Source: Escherichia coli (GTDB lineage: Bacteria > Pseudomonadota > Gammaproteobacteria > Enterobacterales > Enterobacteriaceae). From it: 64,000 bases of DNA. Shown here piece by piece: positions 1 through 10,916 of this stretch. The notes under the pieces are model-generated. The model had not been told where the DNA came from and searched no databases. It worked only from the letters and a program-made list of their open reading frames with translations. The number at the start of each line of letters is the position of its first letter. The stretch's first letter is position 1. The position numbers were made by a program, and so were the translations under genes. The stretch lies in assembly GCF_044324875.1 (NCBI RefSeq), contig NZ_CP172185.1, one strand, 5' to 3'.

Positions 1-2853
1 CCCACGGTTTTCAGCAACTATGTTGATTTTCTCGCGGGCATGTTCCTGTAATGCAACGAATTTAATCTTTTTCGCAATGCCATTAAGTAGCATTAGCGCA
101 ACATCGCTGCCAATATCAGCTAATACATCCAGCCCGGACACCGCCCGTTTATGCTGGGATTCCCCAGGCCAGGCGCGGATAAGCGGGGTTGACTTACGCG
201 CGGTGTCGTCATTGCCTAAAATCCCCAGCGAAGTAAATGCCCAGTTTTCTTTTGCGGGTGCGCCAGCTTCTGTCCATGCGGTATACAGATCCCAGCCAAA
301 GTCAGCCAGTGATTCGCGGGTGAAGGTCTCTTTGATGGTCGCCAGCCCAGCGTAGGCGGTAATGTCGCGTGGAAAGCTCAACATTGTGCCCAGGTGGCGC
401 ATAGCGTCATCTGGCAGAGGCAGGTTGTTACTTTTAAGCCGTGGTCTGCGCCATAAGGTGAACTGATAAAAGCCGGGCGGTGGGGCGATTTTAGCGGGAT
501 ATTCTTCCAGCGGATCGCTATCGAACAATGTTGCCAGCGCAGCTAAAACATCAGGTTGGTTGTATCTCCGGGCGATTTCTTCAATCGTTTCTCGCTGGTT
601 TAATTTCACTAGCAGGCGGAGTGCCTGGCGGGCATATTCCCGATTTTGGCACGGTTTGCCCAGCGCCAAAGGCAGTAGCCCGGCGGTGGCATGGCGCGGG
701 TTATTTGCCAGCCAATTAACGGAATCCTTGTAAGCCATTTTTTTCTGTAACCGCTGCGCCATTGGTAAGGCTAGTTCACTGGCCCCAATAAAGAGGGTGA
801 ATATCCACAGTCGTTGATGATCTCGTTGCAAGCAGGTCATAAACGCAGGAATGGCTGTACTACCAAAAACCGCCAGAATCTCTTTCTCACCTGAATATCG
901 CTCCTCAATGATTATTTGGTTGAGAAATGAAATCGCCTGTTGTCCCGGTAAGTAACAAAGCGCAGATAGATTCCAGCTTTTGTTGGCATTGTTGTGATAT
1001 TTCGCAAACTCAGCTTTTAGTGCTGGAAAATCAAAGCGCAACAACGCATCAACAGCGCTTTGCGGTATATATTTTTTTTCATGTAAGTCATCTTCGCAAT
1101 GCAGCCATTCATTAAAACCTAATTGCCAAAGGATTTGTTGTTCTGGTGTAAAAGGAATGAAAGATGTCTCCCAGCTTTCTTTTTCAATTAGTGGCAGGTC
1201 GGTAAATAAGGTTTGCTGTGATGACTGAAATTGCGCGATTTTACTGAATCTGGATATGTCAGTATGACTGATTAACTCTGTAATTCCTGGCGTGATGTCA
1301 GTGACGGCAGGGATGGGAAGCACCGGTAAATCAAATACGGGTATTACATTCGTTTTCTTATTTATTACCCACGGTGGAGCGACAAACAGCTCCGGCAACA
1401 TATCCGCAGTGGCGTATTCACATTCTTCAGCGACTAACTGAGTACGACATTCAGATAAAATTCCTGCCGCTTTAGCATTAACCCTGGGAATGACGTCAGT
1501 GACTAACTCTGGCGTGGCGGTAATCAGTTTGACAAGCGCTTTACGCCACTCTTTGTCTTCATGTATTGCCAGCAAAGTAGCATAAGCGGCAAGAGCCGCA
1601 GCGGGATGTTTTTGACAGGCTTTGCTTAAGTATTCCAGGTGCTTTTTCTTGCCAATCACACCGAGGATCAGAATTTGAATCGCATCCGGGTGATTCGTTT
1701 TCCATAGCCATTTGACAAGATCTTCAGTCTCGCTGATACGCTCGAAAAGATAAGTGGGATTGTCAGAATGCTCTTCCGTAAACTCAAGAAGTATCCGGCT
1801 TACACCGCGCACCCCATTATTTGCCAGCAACATTGCCAGATAAGCGCGAAAATCATGATACAACGGTGGGAAGTCGTATTTTTCTGCTGTAGTCAGAGCG
1901 GCGTCATCGGTTACCACCAGTCTTAACCAGGTCATCGCCGGAACGTTTTGATCTGCATAACGTAGCGCCATAGCATTGGCAATATCCGGGCGTTCAGGGA
2001 GCAGTAACGCCGCAAAAGGTTGTCGTGCTGGGGATAGCGAGGGAATAGCAGCGAGTACTTTATCTACACAGCGTTGCCACTCATCTTCTGAAGCGAGTGA
2101 AAGATGATGACATAGACGTTGATGCCAACTAGGTAGCGATTCTGCTTCGTGATTAGGTGGAATGATGGTGGTTACTGCGCCTTTTACTGGTTTATATTTG
2201 AGTTGAAGAGCGAGAAGGGCGATTTCAACGGCACTTTCCAGACCACAGCGAATGACTAAGTCATCGACCAGTTCATCTTGAGAGTAAGAGTTCCAAAAGC
2301 CCCAGAGCAATGCTGCATCAGATTGCGCACTCCCTGTCGGTTGATTACCCTTAACTCGAATTTGTAACTCAGCAAAAGCCTGCTGCCAGTTTTCTGGATA
2401 AGAGCGGTAATTGTTGTCGGGATCATATGCCCTGGTGTTATTCGCGATGCGCTTCCATATTTGGCCATCTTTGTACAGATAATTGATCTCTCTGGGGCGA
2501 GAGCGATGAGGAAAAGCAAATCGATTAATATCGTCAGTGACCGGAATGACTGCATCATCAGCCAGCCATGGGCGTTTGTTTTTACTCTCAAGGGAGGTTT
2601 CAACTTCAGGAGTGGCTTTGGTGATGGGGGGGATATGCACGTTTGCTGAAGCATTTTCCACATAGCCTTTTTTCGTTTTCTCTGCGATCAGCTTAAGCTC
2701 CGCTTTTGCCGCTGCCGCAGCATCCGCAAAGCTTTTTACCTGGTTTTGCCCGTTGGTGCCAATTTTTCCCCAACTGATATGCAACTCGTTTCCCTGTTGC
2801 TCCACCGCCCAGAATTTATGTGATTTTTCGTCCTGAAAGATAAAGTGTCTCAT
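1..2853 (-). CDS. molR: Large WGR-domain protein, MolR (molybdate-metabolism regulator) homologue; N-terminal 951 codons only, 3' end beyond window start
   Basis: ATG at 2853-2851 (minus). Hand translation MRHFIFQDEKSHKFWAVEQQGNELHISWGKIGTNGQNQVKSF... (WGR-like). I checked every in-window codon of this frame (plus-strand triplets 1-3, 4-6, ...) and found no stop. Absent from ORF track because it runs off the window edge. Confidence 0.7.
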   Translation of the reverse strand, partial: MRHFIFQDEKSHKFWAVEQQGNELHISWGKIGTNGQNQVKSFADAAAAAKAELKLIAEKTKKGYVENASANVHIPPITKATPEVETSLESKNKRPWLADDAVIPVTDDINRFAFPHRSRPREINYLYKDGQIWKRIANNTRAYDPDNNYRSYPENWQQAFAELQIRVKGNQPTGSAQSDAALLWGFWNSYSQDELVDDLVIRCGLESAVEIALLALQLKYKPVKGAVTTIIPPNHEAESLPSWHQRLCHHLSLASEDEWQRCVDKVLAAIPSLSPARQPFAALLLPERPDIANAMALRYADQNVPAMTWLRLVVTDDAALTTAEKYDFPPLYHDFRAYLAMLLANNGVRGVSRILLEFTEEHSDNPTYLFERISETEDLVKWLWKTNHPDAIQILILGVIGKKKHLEYLSKACQKHPAAALAAYATLLAIHEDKEWRKALVKLITATPELVTDVIPRVNAKAAGILSECRTQLVAEECEYATADMLPELFVAPPWVINKKTNVIPVFDLPVLPIPAVTDITPGITELISHTDISRFSKIAQFQSSQQTLFTDLPLIEKESWETSFIPFTPEQQILWQLGFNEWLHCEDDLHEKKYIPQSAVDALLRFDFPALKAEFAKYHNNANKSWNLSALCYLPGQQAISFLNQIIIEERYSGEKEILAVFGSTAIPAFMTCLQRDHQRLWIFTLFIGASELALPMAQRLQKKMAYKDSVNWLANNPRHATAGLLPLALGKPCQNREYARQALRLLVKLNQRETIEEIARRYNQPDVLAALATLFDSDPLEEYPAKIAPPPGFYQFTLWRRPRLKSNNLPLPDDAMRHLGTMLSFPRDITAYAGLATIKETFTRESLADFGWDLYTAWTEAGAPAKENWAFTSLGILGNDDTARKSTPLIRAWPGESQHKRAVSGLDVLADIGSDVALMLLNGIAKKIKFVALQEHAREKINIVAENRG

Positions 2854-2950
2854 TCTGCATCCCTGTAATTTTATCCAGTTGAATGCAGATGCTACCAGTA
2901 TTTATGCGGGTTAGAGAGAGACAAAATCGCAAGAAAACAACTTTAGGAAT

Positions 2951-2984
2951 TTATAAAGAAAAGGCGCTGTCGATACAGCGCCTT
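2951..2984 (-). terminator. Rho-independent terminator downstream of metG
   Basis: Perfect 10-bp inverted repeat aaggcgctgt/acagcgcctt (2961-2984, 4-nt loop) followed on the minus strand by a U-rich tract. Confidence 0.6.
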
Positions 2985-2993
2985 GAAAGGAGA

Positions 2994-5027
2994 TTATTTC
3001 ACCTGATGACCCGGTTTAGCACCGGCATCCGGGCTTAGCAGGAAAATATCTTTCCCGCCAGGACCGGCAGCCATCACCATGCCTTCAGAGATACCGAAGC
3101 GCATTTTACGTGGTGCCAGGTTAGCCACCATAATGGTGTGACGACCAATCAGTGCCTGCGGATCCGGGTAGGCAGAACGAATGCCGGAGAAGACATTGCG
3201 TTTTTCACCGCCGAGATCCAGCGTCAGGCGCAGCAGTTTGTCAGAACCTTCAACAAACTCTGCGTTTTCAATCAGCGCCACGCGCAGGTCAACTTTAGCG
3301 AAGTCGTCAAAGGTGATGGTTTCCTGAATCGGATCATCTGCCAGTGGGCCAGTTACTGGCGCGGCAGTGGCTTTCACTTCTTCTTTAGAGGCTTCCACCA
3401 GTGCTTCAACCTGCTTCATGTCGATGCGGTTATACAGTGCTTTGAACGGATTCACTTTATGCGCCAGCAGCGGTTGCTGGATACCATCCCAGGTCAGTTC
3501 CGTATTCAGGAATGCTTCTGCACGTTCAGTCAGTTTCGGCAGTACCGGTTTCAGGTAGGTCATCAGCACGCGGAACAGGTTGATGCCCATCGAGCAAATT
3601 GCCTGCAGGTCGGCATCGCGGCCTTCCTGTTTCGCCACCACCCACGGAGCCTGTTCATCGACATAGCGGTTAGCCAGATCTGCCAGCGCCATAATTTCGC
3701 GTACTGCTTTACCAAATTCGCGGCTTTCCCACGCTTCACCAATCACTTCAGCGGCATCCGTGAAGGTTTTGTACAGCTGCGGGTCAGCCAGTTCGCCTGC
3801 CAACACACCGTCAAAACGCTTGTTGATAAAGCCAGCGTTACGGGATGCCAGGTTAACCACTTTATTCACGATATCGGCATTCACACGCTGAACGAAATCT
3901 TCCAGGTTGAGATCGATATCATCAATGCGCGAAGAGAGTTTCGCAGTGTAGTAGTAACGCAGGCTGTCAGCGTCAAAATGATTCAGCCAGGTGCTGGCTT
4001 TAATAAAGGTGCCGCGAGACTTGGACATCTTCGCGCCGTTCACCGTCACATAGCCATGAACAAACAGGTTAGTCGGCTTGCGGAAGTTGCTGCCTTCCAG
4101 CATGGCAGGCCAGAACAGGCTGTGGAAGTAAACGATATCTTTACCGATGAAGTGGTAAAGCTCGGCGGTGGAATCTTTCTTCCAGTATTCATCGAAGCTG
4201 GTGGTGTCGCCGCGTTTGTCGCACAGATTCTTGAAGGAACCCATGTAGCCAATCGGTGCGTCCAGCCAGACGTAGAAATATTTGCCCGGCGCGTTCGGAA
4301 TTTCAAAACCGAAGTAAGGGGCGTCGCGGGAGATATCCCACTGTTGCAGGCCAGATTCAAACCACTCCTGCATTTTGTTTGCCACCTGCTCCTGCAATGC
4401 ACCGCTGCGGGTCCATGCCTGCAACATTTCGCTGAAAGAAGGCAGATCAAAGAAGAAGTGTTCAGAATCACGCATTACCGGCGTAGCACCAGAAACCACC
4501 GATTTAGGCTCGATAAGCTCAGTCGGGCTGTAGGTCGCGCCGCAGACTTCGCAGTTATCGCCGTATTGATCCGGGGATTTACATTTCGGGCAGGTGCCTT
4601 TTACAAAACGGTCCGGCAGGAACATGCCTTTTTCCGGATCGTACAGCTGTGAGATGGTGCGGCTTTTAATAAAACCGTTCTCTTTCAGGCGAGAATAAAT
4701 AAGTTCTGACAACTGGCGGTTCTCTTCGCTGTGCGTCGAGTGATAGTTGTCATAGCTGATGTTAAAGCCCGCAAAATCAGTCTGATGTTCCTGACTCATT
4801 TCGCCAATCATCTGCTCCGGGGTGATACCAAGCTGCTGAGCTTTCAGCATGATCGGTGTGCCGTGGGCATCGTCGGCGCAGATGAAGTTGACCTCGTGGC
4901 CGCGCATTCGCTGGTAACGGACCCAGACATCAGCCTGGATGTGCTCCAGCATATGGCCGAGGTGGATTGAGCCGTTAGCGTACGGCAGTGCGCACGTCAC
5001 CAGAATTTTCTTCGCGACTTGAGTCAT
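2994..5027 (-). CDS. metG: Methionyl-tRNA synthetase
   Basis: 680-aa ORF 2994..5036; class I aaRS HIGH-type motif ([12 protein letters not shown]), KMSKS, Zn knuckles CPKC...CEVC, C-terminal tRNA-binding domain. Start placed at MTQVAKK, 3 codons inside the ORF. Confidence 0.96.
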   Translation of the reverse strand: MTQVAKKILVTCALPYANGSIHLGHMLEHIQADVWVRYQRMRGHEVNFICADDAHGTPIMLKAQQLGITPEQMIGEMSQEHQTDFAGFNISYDNYHSTHSEENRQLSELIYSRLKENGFIKSRTISQLYDPEKGMFLPDRFVKGTCPKCKSPDQYGDNCEVCGATYSPTELIEPKSVVSGATPVMRDSEHFFFDLPSFSEMLQAWTRSGALQEQVANKMQEWFESGLQQWDISRDAPYFGFEIPNAPGKYFYVWLDAPIGYMGSFKNLCDKRGDTTSFDEYWKKDSTAELYHFIGKDIVYFHSLFWPAMLEGSNFRKPTNLFVHGYVTVNGAKMSKSRGTFIKASTWLNHFDADSLRYYYTAKLSSRIDDIDLNLEDFVQRVNADIVNKVVNLASRNAGFINKRFDGVLAGELADPQLYKTFTDAAEVIGEAWESREFGKAVREIMALADLANRYVDEQAPWVVAKQEGRDADLQAICSMGINLFRVLMTYLKPVLPKLTERAEAFLNTELTWDGIQQPLLAHKVNPFKALYNRIDMKQVEALVEASKEEVKATAAPVTGPLADDPIQETITFDDFAKVDLRVALIENAEFVEGSDKLLRLTLDLGGEKRNVFSGIRSAYPDPQALIGRHTIMVANLAPRKMRFGISEGMVMAAGPGGKDIFLLSPDAGAKPGHQVK

Positions 5028-5158
5028 AGTAGGCATTACTTCTTAATAGTGAAAAGGGGTTAGATAGTACCAAATGGGAAAATGTTAAGTAAGTACTTCT
5101 CTATATTCTTCAGGTAAACTATCAGCTGATGGTTTATCTATACAAAAAAGGAGTCGGG

Positions 5159-6268
5159 ATGAACGAACAATCCCAGGCCAAATCACCAGAAGCCTTGCGC
5201 GCAATGGTCGCCGGGACACTGGCCAATTTTCAGCACCCAACCCTGAAGCATAACCTCACCACGCTGAAAGCGTTGCACCATGTCGCCTGGATGGACGACA
5301 CGTTGCATGTGGAACTGGTTATGCCATTCGTCTGGCATAGCGCGTTCGAAGAGTTAAAAGAGCAATGTAGCGCCGAACTGCTGCGCATCACCGGGGCGAA
5401 AGCTATCGACTGGAAACTGTCGCACAATATCGCCACCTTAAAACGCGTGAAGAATCAGCCGGGAATTAACGGCGTGAAGAACATCATTGCGGTCAGCTCC
5501 GGTAAAGGCGGCGTGGGTAAATCCTCCACGGCGGTAAACCTGGCGCTGGCACTGGCGGCGGAAGGGGCGAAAGTCGGCATTCTGGACGCCGATATCTACG
5601 GCCCATCAATACCCACCATGCTGGGTGCAGAAAATCAGCGTCCAACTTCGCCGGACGGTACCCATATGGCACCGATTATGTCTCATGGACTGGCAACCAA
5701 TTCAATTGGTTATCTGGTCACTGACGACAATGCGATGGTGTGGCGTGGTCCGATGGCGAGCAAGGCGTTAATGCAGATGTTGCAGGAAACCTTGTGGCCG
5801 GATCTCGACTATCTGGTGCTTGATATGCCGCCAGGCACCGGTGACATTCAATTGACACTGGCACAAAACATTCCAGTAACTGGCGCGGTAGTGGTCACCA
5901 CCCCGCAGGACATTGCGTTGATCGATGCGAAAAAAGGCATTGTGATGTTCGAGAAAGTCGAGGTTCCGGTGCTCGGTATTGTCGAGAACATGAGTGTGCA
6001 CATTTGCAGTAACTGTGGTCACCATGAACCGATTTTCGGTACCGGTGGTGCAGAGAAACTGGCCGAGAAATACCACACGCAGTTGCTGGGGCAGATGCCG
6101 TTACACATCTTCTTACGTGAAGATCTCGATAAAGGCACGCCAACGGTTATCAGCCGTCCGGAGAGCGAATTTACCGCTATCTACCGCCAGCTGGCTGACC
6201 GCGTTGCAGCCCAGCTTTATTGGCAGGGTGAAGTCATTCCTGGCGAGATTTCCTTCCGCGCGGTCTAA
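5159..6268 (+). CDS. apbC: Fe-S cluster carrier ATPase ApbC/Mrp
   Basis: ORF 5129..6268; P-loop GKGGVGKS, CxxC (CSNCGHH), Mrp/NBP35 family; start taken at MNEQSQAK; divergent from metG. Confidence 0.93.
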   Translation: MNEQSQAKSPEALRAMVAGTLANFQHPTLKHNLTTLKALHHVAWMDDTLHVELVMPFVWHSAFEELKEQCSAELLRITGAKAIDWKLSHNIATLKRVKNQPGINGVKNIIAVSSGKGGVGKSSTAVNLALALAAEGAKVGILDADIYGPSIPTMLGAENQRPTSPDGTHMAPIMSHGLATNSIGYLVTDDNAMVWRGPMASKALMQMLQETLWPDLDYLVLDMPPGTGDIQLTLAQNIPVTGAVVVTTPQDIALIDAKKGIVMFEKVEVPVLGIVENMSVHICSNCGHHEPIFGTGGAEKLAEKYHTQLLGQMPLHIFLREDLDKGTPTVISRPESEFTAIYRQLADRVAAQLYWQGEVIPGEISFRAV

Positions 6269-6298
6269 CGCGCATTAACCTTTTTGGTTGTTTTTCAT

Positions 6299-6340
6299 AC
6301 ACCGCAGAGATGTTACATTGATGCGGTGTATTTGTTTTTG
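6299..6340 (+). terminator. Putative terminator after apbC
   Basis: Stem acaccgca/tgcggtgt (6299-6306 / 6322-6329) followed by atttgtttttg; long loop lowers confidence. Confidence 0.4.
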
Positions 6341-6530
6341 CCGCATTAATGAACACTTATTTAATGCTGCGAATATTCTGCGGACCTTCGTCCGAAACGC
6401 TATAAAGTCGATTGATCGTACAGGCAATGCTTCATTATCATCCTTCGTGGCTGTGTAGTGGATGTACAGCTATAGTTTGTTATGCACTCATTCTATCCAG
6501 GCATAACCTTTACTACAGGGATAACGTTCA

Positions 6531-6812
6531 ATGAATAAGTACTGGCTGTCAGGAATTATTTTTCTTGCCTATGGAATGGCTTCTCCCGCGTTCTCTTCAC
6601 AGACTGCCACATTAACGATTAATGGCAGGATCAGTTCCCCAACATGCAGTATGGCTATGGTTAATGGTCAACCTCAACAGCATTGTGGTCAGTTAACGTA
6701 TGATGTTGATACCCGTCATCAGGTTTCTTCGCCAGTCAAAGGTGTAACGACAGAAGTGGTTGTTGCAGGTAGCGATAGCAAACGTCGAATCGTGTTAAAT
6801 CGCTACGATTAA
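6531..6812 (+). CDS. yehE: Small secreted protein YehE
   Basis: 93-aa ORF with N-terminal signal peptide; position upstream of yehDCBA. Confidence 0.8.
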   Translation: MNKYWLSGIIFLAYGMASPAFSSQTATLTINGRISSPTCSMAMVNGQPQQHCGQLTYDVDTRHQVSSPVKGVTTEVVVAGSDSKRRIVLNRYD

Positions 6813-6843
6813 TTTGCCACCCTGGTTTTTTAATCGAATTCAG

Positions 6844-6883
6844 AAAGCTGAAATCATTCGTGTGAATGATTTCAGCTTTTTTA
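6844..6883 (+). terminator. Rho-independent terminator after yehE
   Basis: 16-bp stem aaagctgaaatcattc / gaatgatttcagcttt with 4-nt loop, then T-run. Confidence 0.7.
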
Positions 6884-7107
6884 TTTATATCAATAATACC
6901 ATTTACAAAAATATGCATTAATTAATAGATGTGATAAATATTTAATATGCTTAAGTATTTGTTGTATTTATATTGCAATAGTTGATTTGTTTTAAATCAA
7001 TAAAACAATATGTTTACATTGCGGCAACTTTTTTGATGTGAGAAATTTGTTTCCAAGAGATACAGACTCTTAACAACCAAAAAATAAATTTTATTAAGGA
7101 ACATATT
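6884..7107 (+). promoter_or_regulatory. AT-rich upstream region of the yehDCBA fimbrial operon (probable promoter, typical of nucleoid-protein-silenced loci)
   Basis: Extended AT-rich tract immediately upstream of yehD; no exact promoter mapped. Confidence 0.35.
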
Positions 7108-7650
7108 ATGAAACGTTCAATTATTGCTGCCGCTGTCTTTTCTTCTTTTTTTATGAGCGCTGGGGTATTTGCCGCAGACGTTGATACCGGAACATTAACC
7201 ATTAAAGGGAATATTGCAGAATCTCCGTGTAAATTCGAAGCGGGTGGCGATTCAGTAAGTATTAATATGCCAACTGTACCAACCACTGTCTTTGAAGGTA
7301 AAGCTAAATACTCGACCTATGATGATGCAGTCGGTGTAACCAGCAGCATGTTAAAAATTAGCTGTCCGAAAGAAGTTGCTGGTGTAAAACTCTCGTTGAT
7401 TACCAACGATAAAATAACCGGAAACGATAAGGCGATAGCCAGTAGCAACGATACCGTGGGGTACTATCTCTATTTAGGTGATAACAGCGATGTCCTGGAT
7501 GTTTCTGCACCTTTTAACATTGAGAGTTATAAAACAGCGGACGGTCAATATGCTATTCCGTTTAAAGCAAAATACCTGAAGCTGACAGATAATTCAGTGC
7601 AATCAGGTGATGTGTTATCTTCTCTGGTTATGCGTGTGGCGCAGGATTAA
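7108..7650 (+). CDS. yehD: Fimbrial major subunit (chaperone-usher pathway)
   Basis: 180-aa ORF, signal peptide MKRSIIAAAVFSSFFMSAGVFA, fimbrial subunit size and composition. Confidence 0.88.
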   Translation: MKRSIIAAAVFSSFFMSAGVFAADVDTGTLTIKGNIAESPCKFEAGGDSVSINMPTVPTTVFEGKAKYSTYDDAVGVTSSMLKISCPKEVAGVKLSLITNDKITGNDKAIASSNDTVGYYLYLGDNSDVLDVSAPFNIESYKTADGQYAIPFKAKYLKLTDNSVQSGDVLSSLVMRVAQD

Positions 7651-7730
7651 TAAATAAAATTTCAAGTTTCTCCAGGTAATAAACATGGCTGCTATCCCCA
7701 TGGCGGCCTTTTAATTTAAGAGGCATTAAG

Positions 7731-8405
7731 ATGAAAGGATTATTTGCTTTACTCATTTCTTCTATGGTCCTTCCTGCACATGCCGGTATTGTTATCTACG
7801 GGACGCGTATTATTTACCCGGCAGAAAATAAAGAAGTGATGGTGCAGTTGATGAATCAGGGAAACCGTTCTTCGCTGCTGCAGGCGTGGATTGATGATGG
7901 TGATACGTCGTTACCACCAGAAAAAATTCAGGTTCCTTTCATGTTAACGCCACCAGTGGCAAAAATAGGGGCAAATTCCGGGCAGCAAGTAAAAATCAAA
8001 ATTATGCCGAATAAACTGCCCACTAATAAAGAGAGCATTTTTTATCTGAATGTTCTGGATATTCCACCAAATAGTCCAGAGCAAGAGGGCAAGAATGCAC
8101 TGAAATTTGCAATGCAAAACAGAATCAAATTGTTTTACCGGCCTGTGGGTATTGCACCGGTAAATAAAGCGACATTTAAAAAGTTACTGGTAAATCGCAG
8201 TGGCAATGGATTGGTGATAAAAAATGAATCAGCAAATTGGGTGACGATTTCGGATGTCAAAGCTAATAATGTCAAAGTCAATTATGAAACTATTATGATT
8301 GCCCCCTTAGAAAGTCAGAGTATTAATGTCAAAAGTAATAATGCGAATAACTGGCATCTGACCATTATCGATGACCATGGCAACTATATTAGTGACAAAA
8401 TTTAA
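7731..8405 (+). CDS. yehC: Periplasmic fimbrial chaperone (PapD-like)
   Basis: 224-aa ORF with signal peptide; RBS aagagg 8-13 nt upstream; no in-frame upstream ATG before a stop. Confidence 0.88.
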   Translation: MKGLFALLISSMVLPAHAGIVIYGTRIIYPAENKEVMVQLMNQGNRSSLLQAWIDDGDTSLPPEKIQVPFMLTPPVAKIGANSGQQVKIKIMPNKLPTNKESIFYLNVLDIPPNSPEQEGKNALKFAMQNRIKLFYRPVGIAPVNKATFKKLLVNRSGNGLVIKNESANWVTISDVKANNVKVNYETIMIAPLESQSINVKSNNANNWHLTIIDDHGNYISDKI

Positions 8406-8420
8406 TTGCAGGAGCTGCCT

Positions 8421-10901
8421 ATGTTGAGAATGACCCCACTTGCATCAGCAATCGTAGCGTTATTGCTCGGCATTGAAGCTTATGCAGCTGAAGAAACCTT
8501 TGATACCCATTTTATGATAGGTGGAATGAAAGACCAGCAGGTTGCAAATATTCGTCTTGATGATAATCAACCCTTGCCGGGGCAGTATGACATCGATATT
8601 TATGTCAATAAGCAATGGCGCGGGAAATATGAGATTATTGTTAAAGACAACCCGCAAGAAACATGTTTATCAAGGGAAATTATCAAGCGGTTAGGCATTA
8701 ATACCGATAACTTTGCCAGCGGTAAGCAATGTTTAACATTTGAGCAACTTGTTCAGGGTGGGAGCTATACCTGGGATATCGGGGTTTTTCGTCTCGATTT
8801 CAGTGTACCGCAGGCGTGGGTGGAAGAACTGGAAAGTGGCTATGTTCCACCGGAAAACTGGGAGCGGGGTATTAATGCGTTTTATACCTCTTATTATGTG
8901 AGTCAGTATTACAGCGACTATAAAGCGTCGGGTAATAGCAAGAGTACATATGTACGTTTTAACAGCGGGTTAAACTTACTGGGGTGGCAACTGCATTCTG
9001 ATGCCAGTTTCAGTAAAACAAATAGCAATCCAGGGGTGTGGAAAAGCAATACCCTGTATCTGGAACGTGGATTTGCCCAACTTCTCGGCACGCTTCGCGT
9101 GGGTGATATGTACACATCAAGCGATATTTTTGATTCTGTTCGCTTCAGCGGTGTGCGGTTGTTTCGTGATATGCAGATGTTGCCTAACTCGAAACAGAAT
9201 TTTACTCCACGGGTGCAGGGGATTGCTCAGAGTAACGCGCTGGTAACTATTGAACAGAACGGTTTTGTGGTTTATCAGAAAGAGGTTCCTCCTGGCCCGT
9301 TTGCGATTACAGATTTGCAGTTGGCCGGTGGTGGAGCAGATCTTGATGTCAGCGTGAAAGAGGCGGACGGTTCGGTAACCACCTATCTGGTGCCTTATGC
9401 AGCGGTGCCGAATATGCTGCAACCTGGCGTGTCGAAATATGATTTTGCGGCGGGTCGTAGCCATATTGAAGGGGCGAGCAAACAAAGTGATTTTGTTCAG
9501 GCGGGTTATCAGTATGGTTTTAATAACTTATTGACGCTGTATGGCGGATCGATGGTCGCGAATAATTATTACGCGTTCACTTTGGGGACTGGCTGGAATA
9601 CACGCATTGGTGCCATTTCCGTCGATGCCACGAAGTCGCATAGTAAACAAGACAACGGCGATGTGTTTGACGGGCAAAGTTATCAAATTGCCTACAACAA
9701 ATTTGTGAGCCAAACGTCGACGCGTTTTGGTCTGGCGGCCTGGCGTTATTCGTCGCGTGATTACCGGACATTTAACGATCACGTTTGGGCAAACAATAAA
9801 GATAATTATCGCCGTGATGAAAACGATATCTATGACATTGCCGATTATTACCAGAACGATTTTGGCCGTAAAAATAGCTTTTCTGCCAATATGAGCCAGT
9901 CATTGCCAGAAGGCTGGGGTTCTGTGTCCTTAAGTACGTTATGGCGAGATTACTGGGGGCGTAGCGGCAGCAGTAAGGATTATCAGTTGAGTTATTCCAA
10001 CAACCTGCGACGGATAAGCTATACCCTCGCTGCAAGCCAGGCTTATGACGAGAATCATCATGAAGAGAAACGTTTTAATATTTTTATATCGATTCCCTTT
10101 GATTGGGGTGATGACGTTACGACGCCTCGTCGGCAAATATATATGTCTAACTCAACGACGTTTGATGATCAGGGTTTTGCCTCAAATAATACGGGATTAT
10201 CGGGAACCGTTGGAAGCCGGGATCAATTTAACTATGGGGTCAACCTGAGTCATCAGCATCAGGGAAATGAAACGACAGCTGGAGCGAATTTAACCTGGAA
10301 CGCGCCGGTGGCAACGGTGAATGGCAGTTATAGTCAGTCGAGTACTTATCGACAGGCTGGAGCCAGTGTTTCAGGGGGCATTGTCGCCTGGTCGGGTGGC
10401 GTTAATCTGGCGAACCGTCTTTCCGAAACGTTTGCTGTGATGAATGCGCCAGGAATTAAAGATGCTTATGTCAATGGGCAAAAATATCGCACAACAAACC
10501 GTAATGGAGTGGTGGTATACGACGGAATGACACCTTATCGGGAAAATCACCTGATGCTGGATGTGTCGCAAAGCGATAGCGAAGCAGAATTACGTGGCAA
10601 CCGGAAAATTGCCGCCCCTTTTCGCGGCGCGGTTGTACTGGTTAATTTTGATACCGATCAGCGCAAGCCCTGGTTTATAAAAGCGTTAAGAACGGATGGG
10701 CAACCATTAACGTTTGGTTATGAAGTTAATGATATCCATGGTCTTAATATTGGCGTTGTCGGCCAGGGAAGCCAGTTATTTATTCGCACCAATGAAGTAC
10801 CGCCATCGGTTAATGTAGCAATTGATAAGCAACAAGGACTTTCATGCATAATCACCTTCGGTAAAGAGATTGATGAAAGTAGAAATTATATTTGCCAGTA
10901 A
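8421..10901 (+). CDS. yehB: Outer membrane fimbrial usher
   Basis: ORF track 8406..10901 starts at a TTG; ATG at 8421 (MLRMTPLASAIVALLLGIEAYA signal peptide) preceded by ggag; usher-size protein. Confidence 0.9.
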   Translation: MLRMTPLASAIVALLLGIEAYAAEETFDTHFMIGGMKDQQVANIRLDDNQPLPGQYDIDIYVNKQWRGKYEIIVKDNPQETCLSREIIKRLGINTDNFASGKQCLTFEQLVQGGSYTWDIGVFRLDFSVPQAWVEELESGYVPPENWERGINAFYTSYYVSQYYSDYKASGNSKSTYVRFNSGLNLLGWQLHSDASFSKTNSNPGVWKSNTLYLERGFAQLLGTLRVGDMYTSSDIFDSVRFSGVRLFRDMQMLPNSKQNFTPRVQGIAQSNALVTIEQNGFVVYQKEVPPGPFAITDLQLAGGGADLDVSVKEADGSVTTYLVPYAAVPNMLQPGVSKYDFAAGRSHIEGASKQSDFVQAGYQYGFNNLLTLYGGSMVANNYYAFTLGTGWNTRIGAISVDATKSHSKQDNGDVFDGQSYQIAYNKFVSQTSTRFGLAAWRYSSRDYRTFNDHVWANNKDNYRRDENDIYDIADYYQNDFGRKNSFSANMSQSLPEGWGSVSLSTLWRDYWGRSGSSKDYQLSYSNNLRRISYTLAASQAYDENHHEEKRFNIFISIPFDWGDDVTTPRRQIYMSNSTTFDDQGFASNNTGLSGTVGSRDQFNYGVNLSHQHQGNETTAGANLTWNAPVATVNGSYSQSSTYRQAGASVSGGIVAWSGGVNLANRLSETFAVMNAPGIKDAYVNGQKYRTTNRNGVVVYDGMTPYRENHLMLDVSQSDSEAELRGNRKIAAPFRGAVVLVNFDTDQRKPWFIKALRTDGQPLTFGYEVNDIHGLNIGVVGQGSQLFIRTNEVPPSVNVAIDKQQGLSCIITFGKEIDESRNYICQ

Positions 10902-10916
10902 TAGTCAGGTGGTTCT

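Noticed and set aside
20-1115. Three short plus-strand ORFs (20..355, 528..719, 927..1115)
   Set aside because: All antisense to the long molR frame; no RBS or recognisable motifs.
2256-2663. 135-aa minus-strand ORF
   Set aside because: Out-of-frame overlap within the continuous molR reading frame, which translates sensibly through this region.
3138-4652. 504-aa plus-strand ORF
   Set aside because: Lies entirely antisense to metG; composition is a mirror of the metG frame with no motifs. Shadow ORF.
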